Assembly (NCBI GenBank): GCA_963837465.1
Contig: CAWINB010000004.1
Coordinates: forward strand, 394,853 to 458,852
Direction: 5' to 3'
DNA from: Candidatus Doudnabacteria bacterium
Lineage (GTDB): Bacteria; Patescibacteriota; Doudnabacteria; UBA920
Length of the DNA: 64,000 bases
In this document: positions 9,619 to 19,787 of the stretch, in pieces
Layout of the letters: every line of letters begins with the position of its first letter
How positions within the stretch are numbered: position 1 is the stretch's first letter
Notes under the pieces: model-generated
Database searches by the model: none
Told to the model about the DNA's origin: nothing
The model's input: only the letters and a program-made list of their open reading frames with translations
Position numbers and translations under genes: made by a program

Positions 9619-9846
9619 TTAAGCGGTTTGTTTTTTTCCGCTGGCGAACCAGGAGTAAATGAACAGGGCCGCAGCTACAATTACGGCGGCCAGGCCGTGT
9701 TTGCGGTGGACGGTGTTTGAGCCGGTTTGGTGGCCGGGAAAAAACGTCGGCAGAGAGCCGGCGGTGCGGGCAAAGTAAAACCCGGCTATGATTAAAAAGA
9801 TAATACCCAAAATTACGGACGCGCCGACAAGGAATTTTTTGCTCAT
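9619..9846 (-). CDS. Small 2-TM hypothetical protein
   Basis: 75 aa; two TM helices around SLPTFFPGH. Confidence 0.65.
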   Translation of the reverse strand: MSKKFLVGASVILGIIFLIIAGFYFARTAGSLPTFFPGHQTGSNTVHRKHGLAAVIVAAALFIYSWFASGKKQTA

Positions 9847-10019
9847 AAAACAATCTATTTTTAATAGTTTAATTTATTATAGAGGATTTTAAGCGAGGGG
9901 GCTAGCTAATCAGCATATCAGATGATCAGCTAATTAGCTGGCGCACCTGATTGGCTGGCCAAAATTGGCGTATAATTTAAAAAAGTGTATACTAAAGAGA
10001 ACTTAAAATTAATCAAAAA

Positions 10020-10688
10020 ATGATGATAATGAACAGTAAAAATAATTTCAAGAATACTGTTATCCTATGGCTGCCTTTTGCGGCCATGATAGTAATTTTT
10101 TCCGGGTTGGTTTACGGCGCTGCGCAGCAAAATTACAGACAATCGGCCAATGACCCGCAAATCCAGATTGCCGAAGACGTGGCCTCGGCCATTTCCGCCG
10201 GCACTACGGCTCCGGACGCCATTGTGCCACCCAACCCGACCACGGATATGTCGCCGAGTCTGGCAACTTTTTTAATAGTTTACAGCGCCACCGGCACTCC
10301 GATTGGTTCTTCCGTGGAATTGGACGGTAAAATTCCGTCTTTGCCGGCCGGTGTTACAGACTCCACCCTGCTCCACGGCGAAGACCGTTTTACCTGGCAG
10401 CCCCAGCCGGGCGTAAGGATTGCGGCGGTTGTTACCCATTACACTGGGCAGGTTTCCGGTTTTGTGTTGGCCGGCCGCTCTATAAGGGAAGTGGAGCTGC
10501 GTGAAAAGCAACTGGAAATTATGACCGGCATAGCCGCGCTGGCCGCTTTAATCGTAACTTTTTTACTGCTGCTTTGGGTGGTATGGATGGGCCGCTCAGC
10601 CTCTGAACACGAAGGTCATAGCCATATGGACGGCCATGATGATGAGCGCCATCACCAGCATCACGAACATAAAGAAGACAAGGAATAG
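10020..10688 (+). CDS. Membrane protein with an extracytoplasmic sensor-like domain and His-rich tail
   Basis: TM-domain-TM topology; His-rich C-terminus; no kinase domain. Confidence 0.7.
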   Translation: MMIMNSKNNFKNTVILWLPFAAMIVIFSGLVYGAAQQNYRQSANDPQIQIAEDVASAISAGTTAPDAIVPPNPTTDMSPSLATFLIVYSATGTPIGSSVELDGKIPSLPAGVTDSTLLHGEDRFTWQPQPGVRIAAVVTHYTGQVSGFVLAGRSIREVELREKQLEIMTGIAALAALIVTFLLLLWVVWMGRSASEHEGHSHMDGHDDERHHQHHEHKEDKE

Positions 10689-10731
10689 CAGAAGTCCTCA
10701 AATTAAAGGCAAATAAAAAGCAAGCGCACTG

Positions 10732-12179
10732 TTTCCAGCGGCGCAGTAGTTTCTAATCAAGACATGGCCCCTATCCGCCAGCGGCCATTTTTTGATGTTC
10801 CTTAAGTTTAATGTTTTTAAATACTGCTGACTTTGCTTCCTGCATAAGTTTTGCCCATCCGTTATGGCTGTGGCCGGTGCTGATGTCATCCAGTTGTTTT
10901 TCCGTCCGTCCTGGGGCAAGGTAGCGTGTCCAATTATCCAGAGTCTTCAGTTTGGCATAGGGAGTTAAGTAAATATCATATTTTTTCTTTTCCTTGCCCT
11001 TATGGTCAACCGTGGTGGTGGCAAAGCCGCAGGGTCTGTGGAAGTTCAGGTAAGGGTTAAAAAACTTCTGGTAAAATTCGTTAATCTCCTGCGCGTAGGT
11101 TTTCGGGATATGAGTGTAGCCCATATACTTTCTGATGACACTGCCGTTCTTGCTTTCCACTAAGGCATTGTCATTGCAGTGCCTGCTTCGTGATTTTGTC
11201 TGTTTAATAACTAACCTTCTAAGAATATCAGCTACCGTGTAATTAATGTTCTCGCTACCGTTGTCAGAGTGGAAGTTAATTACTGTAAAGGGAAACATTT
11301 GCTGCAACTGTTCAAATATGGGTTTTAAATGCAGCTCGGAAATCGTTTCCACACAGAAGACCATTTCCCATTGGGTGACTTCATCCACCAGGTTTAAGTG
11401 GTAAATACCTTTCTCATACTTGCCCAAAGCCAGCTTACGGTCGCCCTGATGCACGGTATCCACCCGCAGATAGCCCGGAATGCCCATATTGTCGGGTCTT
11501 CTTCTAATACCAATCGGGGTGCTTACTGGATCGGTTATGGTAAAGGTGGTGGAGTGGCTGGTGTAAATTCTTTTAACTCGCAGATTGTAGATATGGGAAA
11601 CGGAAATATCTTTTAGTCTTTTAAACCGTTCGTCACCGAATATTTCATATTCAGCCATTAGGATCTGTTTGGTGGCATGGGCATTCATTCGTTGGTGCAG
11701 ATTATCGGTTTCAGCCAGCAATAGTATTTCTGCCGGGCCATAAACAGTAACAAACCGGTTTTTCTTGCCCCAATTCGGGGACAAGGCCACTAACCCACTT
11801 CCTCTCTTGTTGGTAATCAGTCGTTTTAGCTGTCTGCCCGACATGCCGGTCATCCGTTGGATATATTCCTTAATCTGCCCCTTGTCTTTTTTGCCTTTAA
11901 GCCGGACATAGCCAAACTTGTTTAAGACGTTGTTAATCCATTCATATTTCTCCTTTCTGGAAACTGAGGTAAAATTAATTGCTGTATTGACCTTTAGAAA
12001 TTCCTTGATTTGAGCTATGCTCGTAACGCTTAAGTCTGTCATATCGATTGTCATCAAGTCAGTGTGGCAGGCTTATGCTCTTTGTACAGCTTCCGGGCAA
12101 CCCTCCGGTTTCAGCAATTGGGGTACCGTCCTCCTTTAGAGGCTGTCTCAAAGATAGGGGCCATGTTCCATTGTATAAG
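10732..12179 (-). mobile_element. IS with an rve/DDE integrase-like transposase (IS481/ISNCY-like), inserted in a terminator loop
   Basis: Sub-terminal 14-bp IRs at 10762-10775 and 12153-12166. ACTG is repeated at 10728-10731 and 12180-12183. The flanks rejoin into a 13-bp hairpin. Confidence 0.8.
10771..12057 (-). CDS. DDE-type integrase/transposase
   Basis: PGYLRVDTVHQGD, FHSDNGSE, NDNALVESKNG and NFHRP. Confidence 0.9.
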   Translation of the reverse strand: MMTIDMTDLSVTSIAQIKEFLKVNTAINFTSVSRKEKYEWINNVLNKFGYVRLKGKKDKGQIKEYIQRMTGMSGRQLKRLITNKRGSGLVALSPNWGKKNRFVTVYGPAEILLLAETDNLHQRMNAHATKQILMAEYEIFGDERFKRLKDISVSHIYNLRVKRIYTSHSTTFTITDPVSTPIGIRRRPDNMGIPGYLRVDTVHQGDRKLALGKYEKGIYHLNLVDEVTQWEMVFCVETISELHLKPIFEQLQQMFPFTVINFHSDNGSENINYTVADILRRLVIKQTKSRSRHCNDNALVESKNGSVIRKYMGYTHIPKTYAQEINEFYQKFFNPYLNFHRPCGFATTTVDHKGKEKKKYDIYLTPYAKLKTLDNWTRYLAPGRTEKQLDDISTGHSHNGWAKLMQEAKSAVFKNIKLKEHQKMAAGG

Positions 12180-12349
12180 ACTGGCGCTTGCTTTTTTGGC
12201 CAATATCGGCTATAATGAGTTTATCATCTTCGATTAAGTGTTTTAGGAACTTAGGCTTTTAGTTCATCTAGAGTTTAATCCAAGCATCAATCGTTTATAA
12301 TATTTAGTTAAGAGTGTAAGGTGAGCTCTTAGATGAAAGCCTAATGTAA

Positions 12350-12727
12350 ATGGCTAAGAAATTATTTGTCGGCGGAATCCCGTGGGCGACCACTTCCGAC
12401 GATTTGCAGGCTCTGTTCAGCCAGCACGGTAATATTACGTCCGCTACCGTTATTAGCGACAAAATGACCGGCAGAAGCCGCGGTTTTGGTTTCGTTGAAT
12501 TTGAAAACGACGCCGAAGCGGACGCAGCTGTTGCGGCCTTAAACAATTCCGACTACAACGGACGCACCTTGGTAGTTAAGGAAGCTCGTCCTTTGGAAGA
12601 CAGACCAAAACGCAGTTTTGGCGGCGGCAGTGGCGGCGGCTACGGCGGCGGTTCCCGCGGTGGTAATGGCGGAGGCTACGGTGGTGGCAATTCCGGCGGA
12701 GGCTACGGCCGACGCGACCAGTACTAA
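12350..12727 (+). CDS. RRM RNA-binding protein with Gly-rich tail
   Basis: RNP2 KLFVGGI, RNP1 RGFGFVEF and GGGYGG repeats. Confidence 0.95.
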   Translation: MAKKLFVGGIPWATTSDDLQALFSQHGNITSATVISDKMTGRSRGFGFVEFENDAEADAAVAALNNSDYNGRTLVVKEARPLEDRPKRSFGGGSGGGYGGGSRGGNGGGYGGGNSGGGYGRRDQY

Positions 12728-12783
12728 AGATTTGTTTTTATTACAAATTTTATAGATCGCTAATTCCCTAAACTTTGGGAATT

Positions 12784-12815
12784 AATTAAAACTCCCCGAA
12801 AGGGGAGTTTTAATT
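12784..12815 (+). terminator. Intrinsic terminator
   Basis: aattaaaactcccc-gaaa-ggggagttttaatt. Confidence 0.8.
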
Positions 12816-13046
12816 TTGCTCTGTCAATTAGTCTGGGCAGGCGGCTCTTGTTTTTATACAGGATTGACGGACAAATTGCCTTTGTGCTATAAAGACTATC
12901 AGCCTTGTCCTTTAAAAATAAGCTAATTTAGCAGGCATTAACTTGTTAGGGATGTAGTTTTTTCGCGATGGATTTCCGCGGGCGCGACTCGCTAACAAGT
13001 GTCCGCCCGCTAAACCAATTTTGTCTAACAGAGAGGAAGAGGGAAA

Positions 13047-13436
13047 ATGGTACGTTTTATAATCTTGCTTGTTGCAGTAACATTGATAGTTGCCTTTGTC
13101 GGCTACTACGAATTGCGTCCCGCCGCTTTGATGGCTGTCACCATCGATAGCCACGACCCTATACTGAAACATGCGGTTGTCGTTGAGACTCAAAAGTCGC
13201 ACACCACGACTTTTGAGCCGGGTAAAGCTACAGCGCGCGCCGACGATCAGCTAATAGTTGTCGTAAAGTACAAAAAAGACGACCCGTCACATGACGGGGT
13301 AGGTGCTTACGAAGTATCGTTTATTTGTGATACTCAAGAGGGCAGATTTCTCAAGGTCGCCAGTCAAGGGGATGCCTTGTTCGCAAGCCTGGACGGAGAG
13401 GCTTGCGGAGTAAGCTCCCAATACATAAAGTGGTAA
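13047..13436 (+). CDS. Hypothetical membrane-anchored/secreted protein
   Basis: 129 aa, N-terminal hydrophobic helix, purine-rich RBS and downstream terminator hairpins. Confidence 0.6.
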   Translation: MVRFIILLVAVTLIVAFVGYYELRPAALMAVTIDSHDPILKHAVVVETQKSHTTTFEPGKATARADDQLIVVVKYKKDDPSHDGVGAYEVSFICDTQEGRFLKVASQGDALFASLDGEACGVSSQYIKW

Positions 13437-13577
13437 CAGCGGCGGCAGCGGGGGAAGACGAACTGCAAACAGTATTAATGTTTGCCCGATCTTCTCCCAG
13501 CCCTTTTAAGTTCATCGATAAGTGATGGATTTGGAAGGGTTTTTTTATTTTTTTTTAGAATATGCTAATATATTTGT

Positions 13578-13991
13578 ATGAATACCAAACATAAATACGA
13601 TGTGATTGTGCTTTTTGGGCTTTTGGGTTTTGCTGTGAGTTTGTATTTGTCGATTACTCATTATTTGGGCTTTACGGTGCCTTGTAATGTTACGCACGGT
13701 TGTGAAATTGTTTTAACCAGCAAGTATTCGGTTTTTTTGGGGTTGCCTGTGGCTGTGTGGGGGGCTGGCTATTTTACGGCCGTTATTTTTTCCGCGCTTT
13801 TGGCCAATCACTATCTGTTTTGGAGGAGGGTAGTGACTGTGCTTTTGTCGGTTGGGGCGCTGGTTTCTTTAGGGCTATTGAGCATCCAATTTTTTGTCTT
13901 AAAAAAGGTTTGCCAGTACTGTTTTACTACAGATTTAACCACCCTACTTCTGTTCTTTTGGGATTTGAATGTTAATTTTAGCAAACCTTAA
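13578..13991 (+). CDS. Vitamin K epoxide reductase (VKOR) family protein
   Basis: Cys pair C..THGC, SKYS and a CQYC redox motif; 4 TMs. Confidence 0.9.
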   Translation: MNTKHKYDVIVLFGLLGFAVSLYLSITHYLGFTVPCNVTHGCEIVLTSKYSVFLGLPVAVWGAGYFTAVIFSALLANHYLFWRRVVTVLLSVGALVSLGLLSIQFFVLKKVCQYCFTTDLTTLLLFFWDLNVNFSKP

Positions 13992-14148
13992 ATTTAGCCT
14001 TGTTTAAGGCATATTTTGTATTAGCTAAAAGAGCAATTTTCTGAAATTTGCCCTTTTCTTTTTGCCCAAAAACGGTTATAATTTAAGGGTAGACTTTATT
14101 AGAAATAGCTGTTAAAAACAGCCCAATGAATTGGGCGCGCTACATTTA

Positions 14149-15273
14149 TACTCTCTTGCTAAATTAATTCCGAAATGTTAGAATAAGGCCAAGAGCCTTA
14201 ACCCTAACAAAATGTACCAAATAAAACTGTCCGTCAGTGAGCTTAAAAAGATTAAACAACTTCAGGAACAGGAAAAAAATGTCAGAGTTCTGCGCCGTCT
14301 GGAGGCCATAAAGTTACTGAACCAGGGGCAAAACCATCAGGAGATCGCGGAAGCGTTTAATGTCTGCGTGGATACGATTACAGACTGGATAAAAATCTAT
14401 CAATCCGAGAAACTACAGGGACTACGCAAGCTACAATTTAAAGATAAACGGAAGTCAAAAATTAATGATTATGTAGACCAAATCAAACAAGATGTAAAAG
14501 ACAACACTATTACGACTTTAGCTGAAATGCAGGCCTGGATTAAGGAAAAATATTCAATTGAGATGGAACAAAGCTGGCTGTTTCGCTGCTGTAAAAAAAA
14601 CTCAATTTATCTTACAAAAAAACCCATATAGTTCCCAGCGGCGCGCCTGACAGAGAGACCCAGGAAGATTTTGTGAAATTAATCTTTAAAACCATAAAGA
14701 AAGCTGATAAAGACAAAGGCATCGTGCTGTTTTTAGACCCCGCTCACCTGGTCCATAATGCTGACAATAGCTACTGCTGGCAACTTAAAGGTAAAAGTGA
14801 AACTAAAAAGGTTCCTTCAAACAGCGGCCGGGAAAGATTAACTGTTATTGGCGCTATCAACCCCGTAGCTTTTAAACCCACTATTTTGACGACCGAAGAT
14901 AACTGTGACGGGCAAATGATGACAATATTCTTAGGGGAAGTCAGAAAAGATTATCCTAAAGCTAAAACCATATACATTTTCCTGGATAACGCCAAGTACA
15001 ACCATAGCAAGCAGGCCAACGAGGAAGCGAAACATCTGGGCATTGAGCTGTTGTTCCTGCCGCCGTATTCTCCCAACTTAAACTTGATTGAACGCCTCTG
15101 GAAATTCATGAAAAAGAAAGTTAAAGCCAACAAGTACTACAAAACCTTTCAGGAGTTTACAATCGCCATACATGATTTCTTTAAAAACATATCTCAGTAC
15201 AAAGCGGAGCTTAAAACACTATTAACTCTTAATTTTGAAATTATATAATCGGAATTAATTTAGCAAGAGAGTA
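14149..15273 (+). mobile_element. IS630-family insertion sequence
   Basis: Perfect 25-bp terminal IRs (tactctcttgctaaattaattccga), TA duplication on both sides, two ORFs. Confidence 0.93.
14212..15248 (+). CDS. IS630 transposase; orfA (14212-14631) and orfB joined by a probable -1 frameshift
   Basis: HTH in orfA; A8 slippery run at 14593-14600; orfB carries FLD, LDNAKYN and LPPYSPNLNLIERLW. Confidence 0.9.
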
Positions 15274-15296
15274 TACATCAATATTATCTTTGGATC

Positions 15297-15357
15297 TGGA
15301 TCCCGGATATTTTTTACAGCTTGCGATAACCATCAAGGTAAAAAATTCCGGGATGAC
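15297..15357. repeat. REP-like palindromic element (other copies at 22347-22409, 23621-23707, 23724-23786, 30696-30734)
   Basis: ggatcccggatatttttt...aaaaaattccgggatgac, with near-identical inverted copies elsewhere. Confidence 0.8.
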
Positions 15358-15376
15358 ACAACGGAGTTTCAGCGTT

Positions 15377-16003
15377 ATGCAAATACAATACTTCGGTTTA
15401 TCCTCATTTAAAATCACCACCAAAGAAGCCACAATTATTACCGACCCGTTCCATAAAGATTCCGGGCTTACCCCACCACGGGGAGCGACGGAAGTTTTAA
15501 TTTTGGCTGAAAAAAACAGCAAGCTTTATTCCGCCACTTCCGGAATTTCCGGCGAGCATTTTGATATTACCGATCCCGGCGAATACGACGTCAAAGGCGT
15601 AACCGTAACCGGCATCCCGTTAAAACAGGAAGGCAAATACGTTACAATCTTTTTAATAGAAAGCGAAGACATCAGGATTTTAAACCTGACCCACATTAAG
15701 GAGTTTAATATTAAGGAAGATGAGCTGGAAGAGCTGGGCGATATAGACATCTTGATTTTGCCGGTCGGCGGCAACACCGTAATGTCGGCTTCGGCGGCAT
15801 CCAAAGCCGTTGCCGAAGTTGAGCCTAAGCTGGTTATTCCGTCGCACTATAAAATGGCAGATTTAATTTTAGACCTGGACCCGTTGGAAAAATTTATAAA
15901 AGAGATGGGCGGCAAAAAAGAAGAAATGGAAAAACTCACGGTAAAGAAAAAAGATTTGCAGGAAGAGGGAATAAAGGTAGTGGTGCTGGAGCCGTTAAGG
16001 TAG
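15377..16003 (+). CDS. MBL-fold metallo-hydrolase-like protein with degenerate metal motif
   Basis: MQIQYFG.SSFKI, ITDPF, PGEYDVKGV, DILILPVGG and PKLVIPSHY. Start placed at ATG 15377. Confidence 0.85.
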   Translation: MQIQYFGLSSFKITTKEATIITDPFHKDSGLTPPRGATEVLILAEKNSKLYSATSGISGEHFDITDPGEYDVKGVTVTGIPLKQEGKYVTIFLIESEDIRILNLTHIKEFNIKEDELEELGDIDILILPVGGNTVMSASAASKAVAEVEPKLVIPSHYKMADLILDLDPLEKFIKEMGGKKEEMEKLTVKKKDLQEEGIKVVVLEPLR

Positions 16004-16005
16004 AC

Positions 16006-16084
16006 AGCGTATAGCGGTTAGGGTATAGCGTTTAGTGCCGACCCTTGACCGCCCTATACGCTAAACGCTAACCCCTATAGGCTA
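16006..16084. repeat. Inverted 7-nt periodic-repeat hairpin (empty element)
   Basis: TATAGCG/TTTAG-type units followed by their complements, directly after a stop codon. Confidence 0.75.
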
Positions 16085-16085
16085 A

Positions 16086-16289
16086 ATGTCCCTAATTCAA
16101 AACATCCAAAAAAAATCCCAAAGTCAAAAACTGGCAATTATGTGGGCCGTGGCCGGAATTGTAGCGGTGTTGCTGGTGGCTGTTTGGGTTATCAGCTCCC
16201 ACTTCCACAAAAACGTACCCGAAGACACAACATTATTCCAAACTATAGGTAAGGGGATTGAGGGTGTGAGAGATAATTATAAGAAATAA
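16086..16289 (+). CDS. Small single-TM hypothetical protein
   Basis: 67 aa with one TM helix. Confidence 0.6.
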   Translation: MSLIQNIQKKSQSQKLAIMWAVAGIVAVLLVAVWVISSHFHKNVPEDTTLFQTIGKGIEGVRDNYKK

Positions 16290-16294
16290 TACAA

Positions 16295-16785
16295 ATGATA
16301 CCGGAAGGAAAATATGTTAACAGGGCTTCTCTGGAAGTTATTAAGCCTGTATTATCAGAAATACAAAAAGATAATTTACGTCTGCTAAGCGGTGAGTTAG
16401 ACGAATTAGTTAAATCCTTATATGGCAAAGGAGATGTCAATTCTATAAACCATATTACCGGCGAAATACTGCGACAACAAAAACGGGATATACCTAATGC
16501 GGCTTTAATTGACGGCCTCAATTTGCAGCTAATGGCAGCTTATGCCCCCATTATAATAAACTTGGTTATTTTGTTCGAAACGATTTGCCACAAGCCCTAA
16601 TTGATTATCTTAGTAGTCAGGAAATTGATTTAAAAACTTTTCCATCCGATATGTTAAAATCAGTCGCGGGATTAATCTCCCAAGATTTAACGGCAAGTAA
16701 GGAGTCAGAGAATAATAAGTTTAGGTTGCCCGTATGGATAGAGAAAGTCCAAAAAATTCAATTAGCAGTTAAACAATTATTTTAA
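16295..16785 (+). pseudogene. Hypothetical gene split by a 1-nt frameshift (or assembly error)
   Basis: Adding one C to the C5 run at 16545-16549 fuses ORFs 16295-16600 and 16585-16785. Confidence 0.5.
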
Positions 16786-16788
16786 AAA

Positions 16789-19257
16789 ATGCCCAAAGAT
16801 TCAAAAGCGGAATTATCGGCTGATATCGGGGAGATAAAACCCCGCGATATCCAGACGGAAATGCAGGAGTCGTATTTGGATTACGCGATGAGCGTAATTG
16901 TTAGTCGCGCGTTGCCGGATGTGCGCGACGGGCTTAAGCCCGTGCACCGCCGAATTTTGTATGTCATGCACGAACTGGGACTTCGGCACAATGTTAAATT
17001 CCGCAAAAGCGCGGCGGTAGTTGGTGATGTTTTAGGTAAGTATCATCCTCACGGCGACATTTCCGTGTACGACGCCATGGTCCATATGGCCCAGTTGTTT
17101 GCCATGCGCTATCCATTAATAGACGGCCAGGGAAACTTTGGCAGTATGGACGGCGATGGTCCGGCCGCTATGAGATACACCGAGGCGCGTATGTCGGCGC
17201 TGGCCGAAGAATTGCTGACGGATTTGGACAAAGAAACCGTAGCCTGGCGCGACAACTACGATGCCACCAGAAAAGAGCCGGTCGTACTGCCTGGCAAAGT
17301 CCCCAACCTGTTGCTTAACGGCACACTCGGGATTGCCGTAGGCATGGCCACGGACATTCCGCCCCACAATTTAACTGAAATTTGCGACGCTATTGTTAAA
17401 CTTATAGAAGATCCCGAAGCCACCACCGAAGACCTGATGGAATTCGTTAAAGGCCCGGATTTTCCCACCGGCGGCATTATTTACGATGTCGCCGCCATAA
17501 AAAACGCCTACGCCACCGGCAAGGGCGGCATTGTCATGCGCGGCAAAACGGAAATTGTGGAAAGTAAAAGCGGCGCTTACCAGATTTTGGTGCACGAAAT
17601 CCCCTATCGCGTCAACAAAGCCACGCTGCTGGAAAAAATTGCCGAACTGGTGCGCGACAAAAAAATTGAGGGCATCCGCGACGTGCGCGATGAAAGCGAC
17701 AAAGACGGCGTGCGTATTGTGGTGGACGTAAAAAAGGACGGCCTGCCCAATAAAATTTTAAACCAGCTGTTTTCCTACACCCAGCTGCAGGAAACTTTTC
17801 ATTTAAATATGCTGGCTTTGGTGGATGGTATTGAACCGCACGTTTTAAATTTAAAGACAGTGCTGGAAAAATTCCTGGAACACCGCCAGATTGTGGTAAA
17901 ACGCAGGACGGCTTATGAACTTAAAAAAGCCAAGGAGCGCGCCCATATTTTGGAGGGTTTAAAAAAGGCCCTGGACCATATTGACGAGGTCATCAGCATT
18001 ATCCGCAAAAGCCCGACCAAGGAAGAGGCCAAAGTTAACCTGATGGCCAAGTTTAAGCTGACGGAAATCCAGACCGACGCGATTTTGGAAATGCGTTTGC
18101 AAACTTTGGCCGGCTTGGAACGCAAAAAAATTGAAGATGAGCTAAATGAAAAAAAACTGTTGATTGAAGAACTGGAAGGGATTTTGCAGTCAGCCAAAAA
18201 AATACTGGGAATTATAAAAAAAGAAGTGCTGGAATTGAAGGATAAATACGGCGACGAGCGACGCACCCAGGTTATAAAAAACGCCATCGGTTCTTTTTCG
18301 GCCGAAGATTTAATCCCGGACAGCGATGTCATAATTACCGTAACCAAATCCGGCTATGTTAAACGTCTGGCGCCGGACACCTACAAACAGCAGGCGCGCG
18401 GCGGCAAGGGCGTTATCGGCCAGAGTTTAAAGGAAGAAGATGTCGTGGATAAACTTATTTCTTCCAACACCCACGATGACATTTTATTTTTCACCAACAA
18501 GGGCAGGGTGTTCCAGACCAAAGTTTACGAACTGCCGGAAGGTTCGCGCACGGCCAAGGGCCAGGCTTTGGTTAATTTTTTGCAGCTGCAGAACAACGAA
18601 ACCGCCCAGGCCATTTTAACTTTTTCCAAAAAAGACCAGGCCAAATTTTTGGTCATGGCCACCAAAAAAGGTTTGATAAAAAAAGTGGCGCGCGAGGAAT
18701 TCGCCAAAGTTCGCAAAAGCGGCATGATTGCCCTTAATCTTAAAGGCGATGACGAATTAAAATGGGTTCAAACTTCCTCCGGCGAAGACCAGATTATGCT
18801 GTCCACGGAAAACGGCCAGGCCATCCGCTTTAACGAAAAAGACGTGCGCGCCATGGGCAGAAACGCCAGTGGCGTTGGCGGCATGCGCATAAAAAAAGAC
18901 GACAATATCATAAGCATGGATGTAATCCGCAAGTCCGTGGATGTTAAAACTCTGGAAGTTTTGGTGGTTACGGAAAACGGCTTGGGCAAAAAAACCGAAG
19001 CTTCTTATTATAAAACCCAAAACCGCGGCGGCAGCGGCATAAAAACTTTAAAAGTTACTCCCAAAACCGGCAAGATCGTGGCTATGTACATTTTAAACAA
19101 CAGCGAAGAGCATGACTTGGTTATAATTTCCAAAATGGGCCAAACCATCCGCACATCCCTTAACTCCGTCTCCACTCTGGGCCGCGCCACCCAGGGCGTC
19201 AGGCTGATGAGGCTGGATGAGGGTGATAAAGTGGCAAGCGCTACTATTATAAATTAA
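16789..19257 (+). CDS. gyrA: DNA gyrase subunit A
   Basis: [29 protein letters not shown], GyrA-box QARGGKG and a beta-pinwheel CTD. Confidence 0.98.
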   Translation: MPKDSKAELSADIGEIKPRDIQTEMQESYLDYAMSVIVSRALPDVRDGLKPVHRRILYVMHELGLRHNVKFRKSAAVVGDVLGKYHPHGDISVYDAMVHMAQLFAMRYPLIDGQGNFGSMDGDGPAAMRYTEARMSALAEELLTDLDKETVAWRDNYDATRKEPVVLPGKVPNLLLNGTLGIAVGMATDIPPHNLTEICDAIVKLIEDPEATTEDLMEFVKGPDFPTGGIIYDVAAIKNAYATGKGGIVMRGKTEIVESKSGAYQILVHEIPYRVNKATLLEKIAELVRDKKIEGIRDVRDESDKDGVRIVVDVKKDGLPNKILNQLFSYTQLQETFHLNMLALVDGIEPHVLNLKTVLEKFLEHRQIVVKRRTAYELKKAKERAHILEGLKKALDHIDEVISIIRKSPTKEEAKVNLMAKFKLTEIQTDAILEMRLQTLAGLERKKIEDELNEKKLLIEELEGILQSAKKILGIIKKEVLELKDKYGDERRTQVIKNAIGSFSAEDLIPDSDVIITVTKSGYVKRLAPDTYKQQARGGKGVIGQSLKEEDVVDKLISSNTHDDILFFTNKGRVFQTKVYELPEGSRTAKGQALVNFLQLQNNETAQAILTFSKKDQAKFLVMATKKGLIKKVAREEFAKVRKSGMIALNLKGDDELKWVQTSSGEDQIMLSTENGQAIRFNEKDVRAMGRNASGVGGMRIKKDDNIISMDVIRKSVDVKTLEVLVVTENGLGKKTEASYYKTQNRGGSGIKTLKVTPKTGKIVAMYILNNSEEHDLVIISKMGQTIRTSLNSVSTLGRATQGVRLMRLDEGDKVASATIIN

Positions 19258-19300
19258 GTATAAATTAAGCCGGCGCGTGTTGTGAGCGCCGGCTCCTTCA

Positions 19301-19720
19301 TTACGCCGCGGTTTCTACGATTGTAATCGACCTGAGGGCTTCGATGACATGTTCTAGAAAAGCCTGGAGCGCAAAAGGTTTTCTTAGAACCACTGCCCCT
19401 GCGGGAAGGGTGGTGTCCGGCCATCCCGTGATGAAAATTGTTTTACCATTAGGGAAGTGCTCCCCAAATTTTTTAGCTACTTGGATTCCGTCCAGTCCAG
19501 GCAAAACTACATCTACAATGAGCAGGTGAATCGGTTTTTTGTGTTCACTGATAAATTGCGCGGCTTCCTGACCATTTCCGGCAACAACCGCACGAAGGCA
19601 ATTTAATTCTAGCACTAGAGCTATAAAGCCAGAAATTGCAGAATCGTCTTCGACGACCAGAACAGTAAGTACTTCCCTGTTTCTACGAAAGTAGCCAGTA
19701 TCTAAGCTATTATCCCCCAT
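19301..19720 (-). CDS. Single-domain response regulator receiver
   Basis: VLVVEDD, DVVLPGLDG, FITG and LRKPF. Confidence 0.85.
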   Translation of the reverse strand: MGDNSLDTGYFRRNREVLTVLVVEDDSAISGFIALVLELNCLRAVVAGNGQEAAQFISEHKKPIHLLIVDVVLPGLDGIQVAKKFGEHFPNGKTIFITGWPDTTLPAGAVVLRKPFALQAFLEHVIEALRSITIVETAA

Positions 19721-19787
19721 AAGACTTTCTCCTTATAGGAGGTATATTCCACAAAACAACTACTGTCAAGTATAAAAAACCCCGGAT

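Noticed and set aside
15290-15376. N-terminal extension of the MBL ORF
   Set aside because: It is read-through of a palindromic repeat; the family-like sequence starts at 15377.
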